Shown: positions 1 through 14,200, counted from the first letter of the stretch. The stretch is 64,000 bases of DNA from Hemiscyllium ocellatum (GCF_020745735.1 NC_083425.1:33095575-33159574), one strand, 5' to 3'. Translations and numbers: made by a program. The notes: generated by a model not told the origin, from the letters alone.

Positions 1-1548
1 TTATAATTTCAAAATTACTAACCATATTTAAGAAAACCATCATCTTTCTATAATAGTTTTAAGAATTGTCAGCAATAGTCATCTGTTTAAAATTAACATT
101 GAAATATTTTTCCAACTTCTTCATCCAAATTATTTGTTCCAAGCAAGAATTATTTTATAACCAAAATAAGTGCAATTATGTATTCTGTATGTAAGATCCT
201 GGTCCTTTCACTTGACTAGGAGAAATCAGTGTTAAAAAGCTTCCATTACCAAATTGCTGAAGTAATTCTGAAGTCAATGTGTTGAACGTCTACCATTATA
301 GTGTGTGTGTTTCAATTCAGTTAAAAATGTAAGAATGACTGCAAAGCCTTGCTCCCTTTTAGAATATCATCATTAAAACCAAACTGCTTCATGGATGACC
401 TTTATGTAAGGAAAACAATTTTCCATTAGTTAGTATTAATCTATATATGACTCCAGTCTCACTCCAATGAGGTGCTCTCTGAATTTGTCTACCAAACCAC
501 ACTATTGTATTAAACTGCAATAAAAGGACCATCAGCAAATCAGTATCAACAATAAATGCTGGCTTTGCCAATAGTGGTCAGTGGTAGATAATGTTTTATG
601 TTTTGCTTTTCATTTCAGTTGCTGAATCTTTCCTCTTCCCCATTTTCCTTTTTAAGTACAGGATTCCCTAAGTAGATTTATATTGAAACTGACCATGGTA
701 GAATAACTGGTATCAAGTTAGGACCAGAGTTTGCAGCAGTGATTCTGGTTAAGTTATTTAACTCAGGCATCTGCAGCATTTAACATCTCCTTAGTGTTAG
801 TCTGGAGGAGCTATAAACAAAGTTTTGAGGGGGTATCCCTTGTCTCCAGCACCAATCCTGAATTCACTGATAGGCACGAGTTCCCTGGATATTACCAGAC
901 TTGTATTTGGTTGGTCTGCTCACAGATGATTTGCGCATTATGGGAATGGAACCATTTCTAATTGGCAAACACAGTTGGTTGTTGGTTTACACACTCCTGA
1001 TCACGATATTGCTTACACCTGCAACCTGTGAAAAACGTACAACTATCAGCAACAAATCCAACTCTCCTGGCCACCTGACTCCCTCATCCTGGGAGAAGTG
1101 CACAGACTGGAACCCTTTCGTGAAAAGATGAGCAGTCACTCAACCCCCCTGATTGTTTGCAACATTATCTTTATTTGTTTTAGCATAGATTTATCACACT
1201 TCAACTAAACTTAGTTAACTAATAAAAAAGGAGAACCAATTCCAAATGTTTCATTGAGTGAAAGAGAATGGGGTTTTATTACTAATTAAACCCTAGAACC
1301 ATAAGAAACAGTGACATTAACCACACACAAATACAGTTTTATAGAGAAGGTGGGGGGCGGGGGGAGGTTGGTAGAAGATACATTATAAAAAGGAGAAATA
1401 CCGACCTAAAATTTCTGGTGTGATCACCTGTCTGGGAACCAAGATTACAAAGGCAGAAATAAACAAGGACCTGTCTGACTCAAAATTAATATTGTAAAAG
1501 AGAACTGAATTTATTGGCTCCTCGTGGGAGCAACCTCCATGTACATCA

Positions 1549-2445
1549 TTTCATTTGTTGCCATTTCCCCCACCTCCAAACGGACCCCACCACCAGGGAT
1601 ATATTTCCCTCCACTCCCCTATCAGCGTTCTGAAAAGACACTCGCTCCGTGACTCCCTTGTCAGGTCCACACCCCCCACCAATCCAACCTCCACTCCTGG
1701 CACCTTCCCCTGCAACCGCAAGAAATGCAAAACCTCCGCCCACACCTTCCCCCTTACTTCTCTCCAAGGCCCCAAGGGATCTTTCCATATCCGCCATAAA
1801 TTCACCTGCACCTCCACACACATCATTTACTGCATCCGCTGCACCCGATGTGGCCTCCTCTATATTGGGGAGACAGGCCGCCTATTGCGGAACGTTTCAG
1901 AGAACACCTCTGAGATACCCTGATCAACCAACCCAACCACCCCGTGGCTCAACACTTCAACTCCCCCTCCCACTCCACCAAGGACATGCAGGTCCTTGGA
2001 CGCCTCCACTGCCAGACCATAGCAACACGAGGGCTGGAGGAAGAGCGCCTCATCTTCCGCCTAGGAACCCTCCAACCACAAGGGATGAACTCAAATTTCT
2101 CCAGTTTCCTCATTTCCCCTCTCCCCACCTTGTCTTAGTCCCAACCCTCAAACCCAGCACCACCTTCCTAACCTGCAATCTTCTTCCTGACCTCTCTGCC
2201 CCCACCCCCACTCTGGCCTATCACCCTCACCTTAACCTCCTTCCACCTATCGCACTTCCAACGCCCTTCCCCCAAGTCCCTCCTCCCTACCTTTTATCTT
2301 AGCCGGCTTGGCACACATTCCTCATTCCAGAAGAAGGGCTCATACCCGAAACGTCGATTCTCCTACTCCTTGGATGCTGCCTGACCTGCTGCGCTTTTCC
2401 AGCAACACATTTTCAGCTCTGATCTCCAGCATCACTTTCTCCTCT
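1549..2445 (+). mobile_element. Penelope-like element family A, 5'-truncated (GIY-YIG endonuclease remnant + 3' pLTR)
   Basis: ORF 1555-1923 contains IYCIRCTRCGLLYIGETGR (GIY-YIG), frameshifted. Ends in the family tail ...gatgctgcctgacctgctgcgcttttccagcaacacattttcagctctgatctccagc. Confidence 0.9.
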
Positions 2446-2520
2446 TTGGATTACTAGTCTCGTCATAATTTGGAGATGCCGGTGTTGGACTGAGGTGTAC
2501 AAAGTTAAGAATCACACAAC

Positions 2521-4067
2521 TGAAAATGTGTTGCTGGAAAAGCGCAGCAGGTCAGGCAGCATCCAAGGAACAGGAAATTCGATGTTTCGGGCATAAGCCC
2601 TTCATCAGGAATGAGGAAAGTGTGTCCAGCAGGCTAGGATAAAAGGTAGGGAGGAGGGACTTGGGGGAGGGGCGATGGAGATGTGATAGGTGGAAGGAGG
2701 TCAAGGTGAGGGTGATAGGCCGGAGTGCGGTGGGGGCGGAGAGATCAGGAAGAATATTGCAGGTTAGGAGGTGGTGCTGAGTTCAAGGGAATCGACTGAG
2801 ACAAGGTGGGGGGAGGGGAAATGAGGAAACTGGAGAAATCCGAGTTCATTCCTTGTGGTTGGAGGGTTCCCAGGCGGAAGATGAGGCGCTCTTCCTCCAA
2901 CCGTCGTGTTGTTATGTTCTGGCGATGGAGGAGTCCAAGGACCTGCATGTCCTTGGTGGAGTGGGAGGGGGAGTTAAAGTGTTGAGCCACGGGGTGGTTG
3001 GGTTGGTTGGTCCGGGTGTCCCAGAGGTGTTCTCTGAAGCATTCCGCAAGTAGGCGGCCTGTCTCCCCAATATAGAGGAGGCCACATCGGGTGCAGCGGA
3101 TGCAATAGATGATGTGTGTGGAGGTGCAGGTGAATTTGTGGCAGATATGAAAGGATCCATTGGGGCCTTGGAGAGAAGTAAGGGAGGAGGTGTGGGCGCA
3201 AGTTTTGCATTTCTTGCGGTTGCAGGGGAAGGTGCCAGGAGTGGAGATTGGGTTGGTGGGGGGTGTGGACCTGACGAGGGAGTCAGGGTGGGAGTGGTCT
3301 TTTCGGAACGCTGATAGGGGAGGGGAGGGAAATATATCCCTGGTGGTGGGGTCTGTTTGAAGGTGGCGGAAATGACGGCAGATGATATGCTGTATACGGA
3401 GGTTGGCGGGGTGGTAGGTGAGAACCAGTGGGGTTCTGTCCTGGTGGCGGTTGGAGGGGCGGGGCTCAAGGGCGGAGGAGCGGGAAATGGAGGAGATGCG
3501 GTGGAGGGCATCGTCGATCATGTCTAGGGGGGAATCTGCAGTCCTTGAAGAAGGAGGCCATCTGGGTTGGTATTGGAACTGGTCCTCCTGGGAGCAGATG
3601 TGGCGGAGACGAAGGAATTGGGAATATGGGATGGCATTTTTACAGGGGGCAGGGTGGGAGGATATGTAGTCTAGGTAGCTGTGGGAGTCAGTTGGTTTAT
3701 AATGGATGTCTGTGTTGATTCGGTTGCCCGAGATAGAAATGGAAAGGTCTAGGAAGGGGAGGGAGGAGTCTGAGATGGTCCAGGTGAATTTGAGGTCGGG
3801 GTGGAAGACATGCAGGTCCTTGGACTCCTCCATCGCCAGAACATAACAACACAACGGTTGGAGGAAGAGCGCCTCATCTTCTGCCTGGGAACACGATGCC
3901 TGGAGGAAGAGCACCTCATCTTCCGCCTCAGAACCCTCCAACCACAAGGGATGAATGCAGATTTCTCCAGCTTCCTCATTTCCCCTCCCCCCACCTTATC
4001 ACCGAAACGTCGATTCTCCTTGGATGCTGCCTGACCTACTGCGCTTTTGCAGCAATACATTTTTCAG
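2521..4067 (-). mobile_element. Penelope-like element family A (RT C-terminus + GIY-YIG) with an inverted 3'-end copy at 3804-4067 (+)
   Basis: ORF 2745-3947 contains PFLDLSISI, YKPTDSHSYLDY, FLRLRHICS and YIGETGR, with compensating frameshifts. The 5' part of that ORF is read from the inverted copy. Confidence 0.9.
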
Positions 4068-4074
4068 TTGTTAA

Positions 4075-4240
4075 TCTGGTTCCATCAGTGAACCCTGGCT
4101 GACAGAAAAACAAGAGTGTCAGACAACCTGTTCAGTCTGAGAACTAGCTCTGAAGGAGACGGATCAGTGTCAAGGACATTCCATGTGTAAATAAAGGGTG
4201 ACCTGGGGATGAGATATTGGCCTCTGTGGAGTTATTACAT
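4075..4240. mobile_element. Short LTR-like remnant
   Basis: aaataaagggtgac...ggcctctgtggagttattaca resembles shark LTR ends as I recall them; not verified. Confidence 0.35.
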
Positions 4241-4369
4241 CCATGAAGGGGAAAGATGGAATGTAAAAACCAATATTGGCTTTGACATTCTTTATGAAAT
4301 TAGTGTTCCTATTAAGAGTATGAGCTTCAAAAGACAAATTGTTTAAAGTCACAATGTGCCATTTGAACA

Positions 4370-4960
4370 TAAGAACGTAAGAAGTTTGAGTAGGAGTAGG
4401 CAATTCAGCTCCTTGAACCTGCTTTGCTTTTCAATACAACCATGACTGATCTCTTCTCAGTTTCAACTCCACATTTTTGCTCTCTTCCTGTAATCCTTTA
4501 ACCCATTTGCATTTAAAAATCTGTCTGTCTCCTCCTTATATGTATTCAGTGTCTGGTATCCATCACACTGTGAGGTAATGGTTTCTGCAGACTCAGGAAA
4601 TTTTGAGAGAAGCAATTTCTCCTCATCTCTGATTTTAATCTGCCACTTATCCTAAAATTATGACCTCGTGTTCTAGACTGCCCCACAAGGGAAACATCCA
4701 TTCTATGTCTACATTATCCATCTCCTTCAGGACCTTTCATGCCTCAATCAGATGTCATTCTTCTAAATTGTTCAATTTCTCCTCTTAAGACAAACATTTC
4801 ACCTCTAGAGTTGACCTGGTTAACCTTCTCTGACCTGCCTCCAGTGCATTTACATTCTTTTTGATTTGGATGGCCAAGAACGTAATTTATGCAATTATTA
4901 TTTGACAGGTTTTGAATAACAAATTGCCTCTTCAGGAACATCTGGAAGGCATCAATGCTT
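4370..4960 (-). mobile_element. Degenerate CR1 LINE 3' portion
   Basis: Reverse complement resembles the CR1 3' ORF2/UTR seen in other copies in the window. Confidence 0.65.
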
Positions 4961-7458
4961 TGGACTTGTTTTTTTATTTAGCCTGTAATTGTATAAATGC
5001 AGGTAAAACAAGATAACATATTCATTAAACTTAATCTTTGCACATAATAAATTTCTCCAAAATGGAACTAATTAAAATGTTCTTGTTAAGATCAGAGATC
5101 ATGTTGCTGATGGACAAATCAGATTCTAGATTGAAATTTGGCGTGATAAATCATATTTTGTTTTTTTTTAAACACAGTGGCCTTTCACTGAATCAAAGCA
5201 TGCGGGTTTCAGATTTAATTTTGACAATATGATGATCCAAGGGATCTCCATGCATCACCATTTGAAAGATTTTAAAATACACAGCAAAACAAATTCCATT
5301 TATACCCCCAGCACCATCACCTTACATTTACTCAACATGTAGAGAAATTCCGTCCCGATCAAACCTGTGGGTTTAAAGCAACTGTTTTTTTCTCTGTTCC
5401 AGTCCTGTGAGCTGTTAGACTTTATTCTTGTCCTCTGACATGACTGAAAGCTTAAACTTTCTCAGTTTTTTAATAATTTGCACCATTTTAATCAAACACT
5501 TTTGGCTTAAAACTTCATAAACTTCATTCTTTCACAGAGACAACATATTTTGAGAAATGTTCAGAACAATTTCCTTTTCTAGGAAAGACTTACATCTGAC
5601 CCATCAGTTCATTCTTAAATGTTTAAACTTAAACAACTTGTTCATACTATCTACTATTAAGCTAATGGCTTAATGTTTTCTCTCTCCAGTCATAAACCCC
5701 TCAGTATATTAACACTCCAAGGACATGTATTGGCTTAAAATCTTGGGGATCATCGCAAATACTGAATGATGTGGCATTCTTGAGAAAGCTGAGAAAATTG
5801 CATGAAATTGGCTGTGCGGAGTTTCCTGTCATTGAGAGAAAAAGTCCCATTTTCCAACCACATATTGAATGGTGAAATGAGATTCTCAACAGCCAATAGC
5901 GAGAATTTGTTTATATGCATACTTGTTGTTACATCATCTCACCGATATGCAGTTTCATATTCTCCACACGCTGAATAGAAATGCTGACAACATTCCCAAC
6001 ATGAAAGTCAAAGCAATTACCAAGTAATTCCAGGGCACCAATTTTTGATCCACACCACCAGGAGTTGGCAACAACTCAGAGCTTGCTCCTTGGGTCGCAA
6101 CAGCATGCCCCCTCTCTGTCCCTATTGGCAAAGTGCTGTCTCACCTACCCTGTGTCCAACATATCCAGGGCAATTAAATTAACTGTGCCTGGCGTTTCTG
6201 GATTGACAGTGTTTCATATGTGCAAGATTGGGTTTTAAAGTAGGTGCCAATGCCAGGGATCCTGTGATGAGTGGTAGAAGGCAGGGGCCATTATTCCTGC
6301 CTGTGATGAGTGGTAGAAGGCGATGAGTGGGACACAATAGGGGTGTGATGCATATATAATGAGATGTGTTTTTATTTTTTTCATTTATTTATTCCCTTAT
6401 GGGAATTGGGAATTGCTGCTGGCTAACAATTATTGTCCACCTCACGTTGCCCTTGAGGAGGTGGGCTGCCTCCTTGAACCTTTGGAGTCCATATGCTGTA
6501 TGTTGACCCATAAATCCCTTAGGCAGAGATTTCCAGGATCTTGACCCAGTGACAGTGAGGGAACATGGTGGTCCCATGTAACTGCCACCCTTGTCCTTCG
6601 AGATTGAAATTGTCACTGATTTGGAAGGTGTTATTGAAGGATCTTTGGTAAATTTGTGCAGTGCATCTTGTAGATAGTAAAAGCTGCTGCTATTGAGTGT
6701 CAATGGTAGGAGAAGTGGATACTTGTGGATGTGGTGCCAATCAAACAGGCTGCTTTGACCGGGATGGTGTCAAGCTTCTTCAATGTTTAAGCTGCACTTA
6801 TCCAGGCAAGTGAAAAGCATTTTATTACTTCTGACTTATGCTGTGCAGGTGGTGGATGAGCTTGGGGAGTAAGGAGGTATATTATTCACCACAGTATTCT
6901 CAGCCTCTGACCTGCTCTTGTAGTCATGACCTTTATGTGCAGCAATTCCAGTTGAGTTTCCAGTCAATGATATCTGAAGGATGTTGATAATGATGATGTT
7001 ACCATTGAATGTCAAGGTTGTCTCTTATTGGAGATGACCATTGTCTGTGTAAAAAAAGAAATTAAGTGGCATAAATGTTACTTGGCATTTGTCAGCCCAA
7101 GACTGGATATTGCCCAGATCTTGTTGCCTTTAAACATGAATTCCTACAGTATCTCAGGAGTTAGGAATGGTGCTGAACATTGTGCAATCATTGGTGGATA
7201 TCCTCACTTCTAACCTAATGATGGACACAAAGTCATTGATGAAACAGTTGAAGATAGTTAGGCCTGGGACACCCCACTGAGGAACAGCTGTAAATGCCCT
7301 AGAGCTGTGATGACTGACAATCATAACCATCTTCCTATGTGTCAGGTACACTCCAACCAGTGGAGACTTTTCCCCCAATACTCAATGATTCCTGTTTTTC
7401 TTGGGCACCTTGATGCCCCACTCAATCAAATGGTATCAAGGCTTTGATATCAAGGGCT

Positions 7459-7657
7459 AGAAACAAAAAAAAAATCTGCAGATGCTGAAATCCAAAGTAG
7501 ACAAGCAGGAAGCTGGAAGAACACAGCAAGCCAGGCAGCATCAGGAGGTGGAGAAGACAACATTTCAGGTATCACCCTTTTTCAGGGGTAGACCCAAAAC
7601 ATTGACTTCTCCACCTTCTGATGCTGCCTAGCTTGCTGTGTTCTTCCAACCTCCTAC
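7459..7657. mobile_element. Fold-back mini Penelope-like insertion
   Basis: Inverted arms (agcaagccaggcagcatcaggaggtggagaag / cttctccaccttctgatgctgcctagcttgct). 15-bp TSD ttgatatcaagggct at 7444-7458 and 7658-7672. Confidence 0.8.
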
Positions 7658-7689
7658 TTGATATCAAGGGCTGTCACACTCACCTCATC

Positions 7690-7965
7690 TCTGAAGTTAA
7701 GAATGGGGTGCATAATTTTAAGGTGAGAGGACAGAGATTTATAAAAGACATTGGGGCAATTTGTTTTACACAGAGAATGGTTCTCATGTGGAATGAACTT
7801 TCTGAGGAAGTGGTGGATTGCAACATTAAAAATACATTTGGATAAGTATATATATAAGAAAGGTTTGGAGGTGTATGGGCCAGGGGCAGGCAAGTATAGC
7901 TAGTTTAGTTTGGGATTATGTTTGGCATGGACTGGTTGGACCGAAGGGTCTGTTACAATGATGTA
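7690..7965 (+). mobile_element. CR1 LINE 3' end nested in the older LINE
   Basis: Matches the CR1 3' end at 14750-15035 (aagggtctgtt...). Confidence 0.8.
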
Positions 7966-10291
7966 TCATTCCATTACTCTATATTTTAACTCAGGTGGTA
8001 CTGAGGACAGGAGCTGAATGGCCCTGGCGAACCTTATCTGGGTGTCAACGAGCAGGTTATTGCTGAGCAAGAACTGCTTGATGTACCACTCTTGATGCCA
8101 CCTTCCATCACTTTGCTGATGATCAAGAGTAGACTGATGGGGCTGTAATTGGCCAGCTGGTTTTGTCCTGCTTTTTGTGTACAGGACATACCATGGCAAT
8201 TTTCCACATTGTCAGGTAGATGCCAGTGTTGTAACTGTATTGAAAGAGCTTGGTTAGGTGATGGACAGGTTCTGGAGTACACATCTTCAGTATATTGCTG
8301 AAATCTTGTCAGGATCCAGAGCCTTTGCAATATCTATTACTTCCATTTGTTTCTTGATATCATATGGAGTGAATCAAACTAGCTGGTGACTAGTATTTGT
8401 AATATTGGGGACCATTGGAGGAGGCTGAGATTCATCATCCATTTGATTCAAGATTGTTATAAATTCTTCAGCCTTAACGTATGGCCACTTCCACCTTTGC
8501 AGAGCCTCCTCCACCAGTAAATTGTTTCATTATCCACTATTTAACACTGGATGTGGTAGGACAGCAGAAATTGGATCTGACCTGTTGGTTGTGGGATCAC
8601 TTAGCTTTGTCTATCATTTTGCTACTTATGCTGTTTGGCACACAATCTTAATTGGTAGCTTCACCAGGCTGACACCTCACTTTTAAGTATGTCTGGTGCT
8701 ATTCCTGACATACTCTCCTGCAGTCTCCTTTGAACCAGGTTTGATTTCCTGGCTTGATTGGGGGTCAAGAAGTTGCAGATTGTGCTGGAGTACAATTCTG
8801 CTGCTGTTGATGGTCCACACCACCTCAAGGATGCCCAGTCATGAGTTGCTAGATATGTTTGAAGTCTGAACATTTTGCACAGTGATGGTGCCACACAACA
8901 CAATGGAGGGTATTGTCAATGTGAAGTCAGGGCTTTGTCTCCACAAGGACTGTGCAGTGGTTACTCTTATTGATACTGTCATGGACAGATGCATCTGCAG
9001 CTGGCAGATGGTAAGGCTCAGTTTTTTTCCTCTTGTTGGTTCCCTCACTACCTGCTGCAGACCAGTCTAGCAGCCATGTCCTTTAGGACCCAACCAGCTC
9101 AATCAGTAATGCTGCTGTCAAGCTACTCTTGGTGTTGGACATTGAAGTCCCCCACCCAGAGTACATTTTTAGCCCTTCCCACCCTCAGTACTTCCTCCAA
9201 GTGTAGTTCAACATCATCAGCTGAGGGAGGACAGTACTTGGTAATCATCAGAAAGTTTCATTACCCATATTTAACCTAAAGGCATGAATCGTCATGGGGT
9301 CCAGAGTCAATTTGAATGGATTTGAAATCCATTCCAAATGTACAACACCGCGTTACCACCTCTGCTGGGTCTGTCCTGCTGATGGACAGAACATATGCAG
9401 GGATAGTAATGGTGGTGTCTGGATATTGTCTGTAAGGTATGATTCCACAAGTGTGACTATGTCAGTTTGACTAGTCTCTGAGATGGATCTCCCAATTTTG
9501 GCATTAGCCCAAGATGTTCGGGAGGAGGACTTTGCAAGGTTGATGGGGCTGTTTCTGCCATTATCTTTTCTGATACCTAGGTCAATGCCAGGTTAACCGT
9601 CCAGTTTCTTTGCTTTGTAGAGACTTTGTGTCGATTGATACAATTGAGAAGCTTGCACAGCCACTTCTGAGGGGAATTAAAAGTCAACCCAATGACTGTG
9701 GGTCTGGAGTCACATGTAAGCCAGACCAGGTGAGGATGGCATGAGAGGAAACCAACATGTCAAAGAACTGACTGTTCAATCTGATTTACTTTTAAGTGAT
9801 TAATAGTCAGTAATGTATTAATCATCCATTTGCACAATCTTGTAAAGATATGAAATCTGTTCTCTGTTTCCAATGTTTCAATAAAGGGCATTAGTGGGAC
9901 TGATGGGAATCATTTCATGGTCATCAGTAGATTCTTGATTCCAGATTTTTTTAAATAATTGAATTCAAACACCACCATCTGCCATATTGGGGTTCAAATC
10001 CAAGTCCATGGGATATTAGCTACATTTCTGGATTAAAAATGTAGTAGTGAAATTACATTTAGGCTCTCACCTCCCCATGAGTTAAAGAAATTTGTGTGAG
10101 AAACCTGTTGGGGTCTCAGAGAAAAAACACTTAGATTATTTCTGATAAGGTTCAACGCAGGGTCGCTGAAAGACTGAGCAAGTTAACTTTAAAACGCCTT
10201 CACAACAGTAAAGCAACACCATATGAGTGGTTTAATATCCAACTAAAAGATATTTATGTAACTCATGAATCTTTAGTTACAAAATATTAAG

Positions 10292-10297
10292 TTTATT
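10292..10297 (-). terminator. Candidate polyadenylation signal of gene A
   Basis: First AATAAA I found on the minus strand after the stop, about 920 nt downstream. Confidence 0.35.
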
Positions 10298-11214
10298 TAC
10301 ATTTAGTACATACACTAAAATAACAAGAATTTTGCATATATCTGACTTAACAAGCATAGTTACATTTATCTCCCTTGTGCAATACCCAAAAACAATTAGA
10401 ACAGAATATCAAATCAACATGTCAATCTGATTTAGAGTCAAAGCACACAAAAGGCCCCTCAGTCCAAATCGTCCATGCTGACCCATCCAAGATAAATCTA
10501 GTCCCATTTGCCAGTATTTGGTCCATATCCCTCTAAATGTGTTTATGTCACTAACAGCAAGTCATGTGTTAACATAATCATCCATTTCTAACTTTGTGAA
10601 GAAGGGAAATCTTTCTTTTGTTTCAGGTTTCCAACATTCACGTCTTTCCCTTTTTATAAAGTGAAAAGTTGAGTCCAGGGCACAAACCTTTCACGATAAT
10701 TCTGTAACCATTAATCAGTAGGATGTGATTTCTCAAAGTACACAGGACCAAGAATCTCCTTCTTCTCGGACATGACACTGTGATGTCACGCACTGATCCA
10801 TAAACTGTCACACTTGTAAAATAGTGAAACGTCTTCAGACGACACCAGCCAGAATTGAGGGTCAAATTCTCTAGTTTCGAGCACTTTGCTGTTTTAAAGG
10901 CCCGACGATTACTGATGTTAGCAGAAAACTAATGTGAACCATTATTTCTTTATAAACGAATAACAAAAAGCATAGAACAGTGACAGTGATAAATCAGAAT
11001 TACTATGCTGAACAATTACATTGTAAGCATAATCATTGGAAAGTGACAGTGCTTTAAATAATGCTAGTAAACAGCCTTCTATTGTTCACATAATCTAATT
11101 TCAAATTATAATGTTATAAAAATATTTTTAAGTGAGCCTGTGATATCAGTGCAGTTGTCAAAGGTAGAAGTAGGAAATATCCACTGCAGCCAAGTGCTAA
11201 GCAGCAATTCCATA

Positions 11215-11226
11215 TTAAGGTGGTAT
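11215..11226 (-). CDS. Gene A terminal coding exon (IPP-stop), then 3' UTR
   Basis: Very strong acceptor ttttctttttctttcttttatcag|ATA after an 83-nt intron; phase 0 gives ATA CCA CCT TAA. Confidence 0.65.
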   Translation of the reverse strand: MPP

Positions 11227-14200
11227 CTGATAAAAGAAAGAAAAAGAAAATGATGAAACCAGTAAAAGAAAACCTTCAAAACTAAACTAATGTTTGAGAT
11301 CACACCTACCATTAGCATTTCAGATTCTCTTCTCACTGCTGAAACAAAATTAAAAAACAAAGTCATTTTTTTATTTCTGTAATACTAAATATGATAAGAA
11401 TTGTGTGGAAATTTCCACTTGATTGATGATATTATTGACAGTTATAATCAATGCACATACTTTCCACAATGAACATGTAATCCTAATACATTGTTCAAAA
11501 TTAAAAACAAGGTAAGACAAGGTATTCAAAACAAGTATTTTCACCTATCTGCCACATATATTTTTAGTTCTGGAACTTGACCTAGCTGTGTATGATATGG
11601 TAGCGGTTATAATAAATTATTCACTCAAATTGCTGAAATTGCTCAAATTGCCTGAGGACATGAGCTCAATTCCCACTTTAATAGCGTGAGATTGAATTCA
11701 ACGTTAAAAATGGTTGGCATCAGTAAGGGTTTTGGTTAACTTTAGGCCACTGCTAAGAAACCTAATCAGTTCAGCAATCTTCTTTTAGGAAGGTCAACCT
11801 ACAGTTCTTAACTTACCTGCCCAACATGTGGCTGATTCTCACCTGAACTTTGAATTAGTCCATTAGGCCAGTCAGTCATGTCAGAATGCAAAGAGGGCCC
11901 ACCAACATCTTCCCAGGGCAGCCAAGGGTGAATAAAAAATGTTAATTTAGCCAGTGGCAACCAGAGCAAGAGGATGAATTACTTTAATGCTCCAGATTTT
12001 ATATAAATAATGTTTCCATCCTTCCTGATCTTCTTTCCCCTGAACAAAACATTCAAGTTAAGAGAATGTAGTGTGGGATTGTCGCTGCTGACTTTCAGGC
12101 TTATTTGGCTGCATATGTTTTCAGAGAAGTTTTATCTGATTTACCTGGAGCTTTCCTGTCTTTTCTAGGTGGGACAGGGTGGCAAGTGAAGATTGATTCA
12201 TACAGGCACATCAGCAATCAATTTTCACCTAGCAACTTTAACCATCTACAGTGTAAGTAATAAAAGCAAAATACTGTATCAAGATGCTGTAAATCTGAAA
12301 TTTAAAAAACAAACAGAAAGTATTGGAGAAACTCAGTGGGTCTGGCAGCATCTCTGGAGACAGGTGCTCATATTCTCCCATCATTCCATGCTAATATTTC
12401 TGTCCTGTCTTTGTTACAATGTTCCAAAGGAGCTGGGGGAATATCCCTCATTTTCCACTGAGGTACTTTTCAGCTTCTCGGACTCAATATTGATATCCTC
12501 GGTCCTCCGTTTTGATTATAGTCCCTCCACTTTCCTCTAGCACACCTTACTTGCTTCTTACTGACTTATCTTTCAACAGAGCAGCCTATTTTCTCCATGT
12601 ATACCCATTTTACATCTCTATCTCTTCTTTACGACAATTAGAGGTTGCTTTGTCTTTTACTCTGAACAAATTGACCATGTGTTCCATTAGCTCCTTCTTT
12701 TCCTCTGTCAGCAGCATAAAAACTATCATTTTCCAGCTAGCTTTTGGTCTGAAAAGTCATTTTGGATTTAAAATGTTAACTCTGCTTCTCTCTCCACAAA
12801 TTGTGTCAGATCTTCTGGTTTTCTCTGAACTTCTGTTTTTACTACAATGCAACCACATTTGAAGTTTGTAACAAAGTTGGTAAAATTCACAGCTTCAGTC
12901 TACTATCTGTTTCACATGTGCAAATGTCATGTTATTGTTGTCATACCTGAATGACCATTAAGTGTATAAGTCCTGTTAAGATTTGCTTTCCCAAAATGCA
13001 ACACCTTACACTTATCTGAATTAAACTCCATCTGCCACTTCTCAGCCCATTGGCCCATCTGGTCCAGATCCTGTTGTAATCTGAGGTAACCCTCTTCGCT
13101 GTCCACTACACCTCCAATTTTGGTGTCATCTGCAAACTTACTAACTGTACCATTTATGCTCACATCCAAATCATTAATGTAAATGACAAAAAGTAGAGGG
13201 CCCAGCACCAATCCTTGTGGCACTCCACTGGTCACAGGCCTCCAGTCTGAAAAACAACCCTCCACCACCACCCTCTGTCTTCTACCTTTGAGCCAGTTCT
13301 GTATACAAATGGCTAGTTCTCCCTGTATTCCATGAGATCTAACCTTGCTAATCAGTCTCCCATGGGAAACCTTGTTGAATGCCTTCCTGAAGTCCATGTA
13401 GATCACATCTACTGCTCTGCTCTCATCATTTTCTTTGTTACTTCTTCAAAAAACTCAATCAAGTTTGTGAGATATGATTTCCCACGCACAAAGCCATGTT
13501 GACTATCCCAAATCAGTCCTTGCCTTTCCAAATACATGTACATTCTGTCCCTCAGGATTCCCTCCAACAACTTGCCCACCACCGAGGTCAGGCTCACCGG
13601 TCTATAGTTCCCTGGCTTGTCTTTACCGCCTTTCTTAAACAGTGGCACCACGTTTGCCAACCTCCAGTCTTCCGGCACCTCACCTGTGACTATCGATGAT
13701 ACAAACGTCTCAGCAAGAGGCCCAGCAATCAGTTCTCTAGCTTTCCACAGAGCTCTCGGGTACACCTGATCAGGTCCTGGGGACTTATCCACCTTTAACC
13801 GTTTCAAGACATCTAGCACTTCCTCCTCTGTAATCTGGACATTTTGCAAAATGTCACAACCTCTTTCCCGACAGTTTATATCTTCCATATCCTTTTCCAC
13901 AGGAAATACTGATGCAAAATATTCATTTAATATCTTCCCGATTTTCTGTGGCTCCACACAAAGGCCGCCTGCTGATCTGTGAGGGGCCCTATTCTCTCCC
14001 TAGTCACCCTTTTGTCCTTAATATATTTGTAAAAACCCTTTGGATTCTCCTTAATTCTATTTGCCAAAGCTACCTCATGTCCCCATTTTGCCCTCCTTAT
14101 TTCCCTCTTAAGTATACTCCTACTTTCTTTATACTCTTCTAAGGATTCACTCGATCTATCCTGTCTATACCTGACATATGCTTCCTTCTTTTTCTTAACC

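Larger units (their letters stand above)
6390..9720 (-). mobile_element. Degenerate L2/CR1-clade LINE (ORF2 remnants) with nested insertions
   Basis: Minus-strand fragments NYSPISLLLIISKVME and GLTIFNCFINDF...NDCTMFSTI (RT motifs), many stops. Confidence 0.8.

Noticed and set aside
901-1131. ORF with a hydrophobic, signal-like stretch
   Set aside because: TTG start, no recognisable domain or splice context; probably repeat-derived.
2745-3947. 400-aa ORF as an intact gene
   Set aside because: It is a chimera of an inverted pLTR copy and a decayed Penelope ORF with compensating frameshifts. Overlapping Pro/Gly-rich ORFs are alternative frames of skewed PLE DNA.
10638-10865. Minus-strand ORF containing an ITSM-like TVYGSV
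   Set aside because: It starts at TTG and lies in the predicted 3' UTR. It would need a phase-2 acceptor, and no matching phase-2 donor is apparent in gene A.
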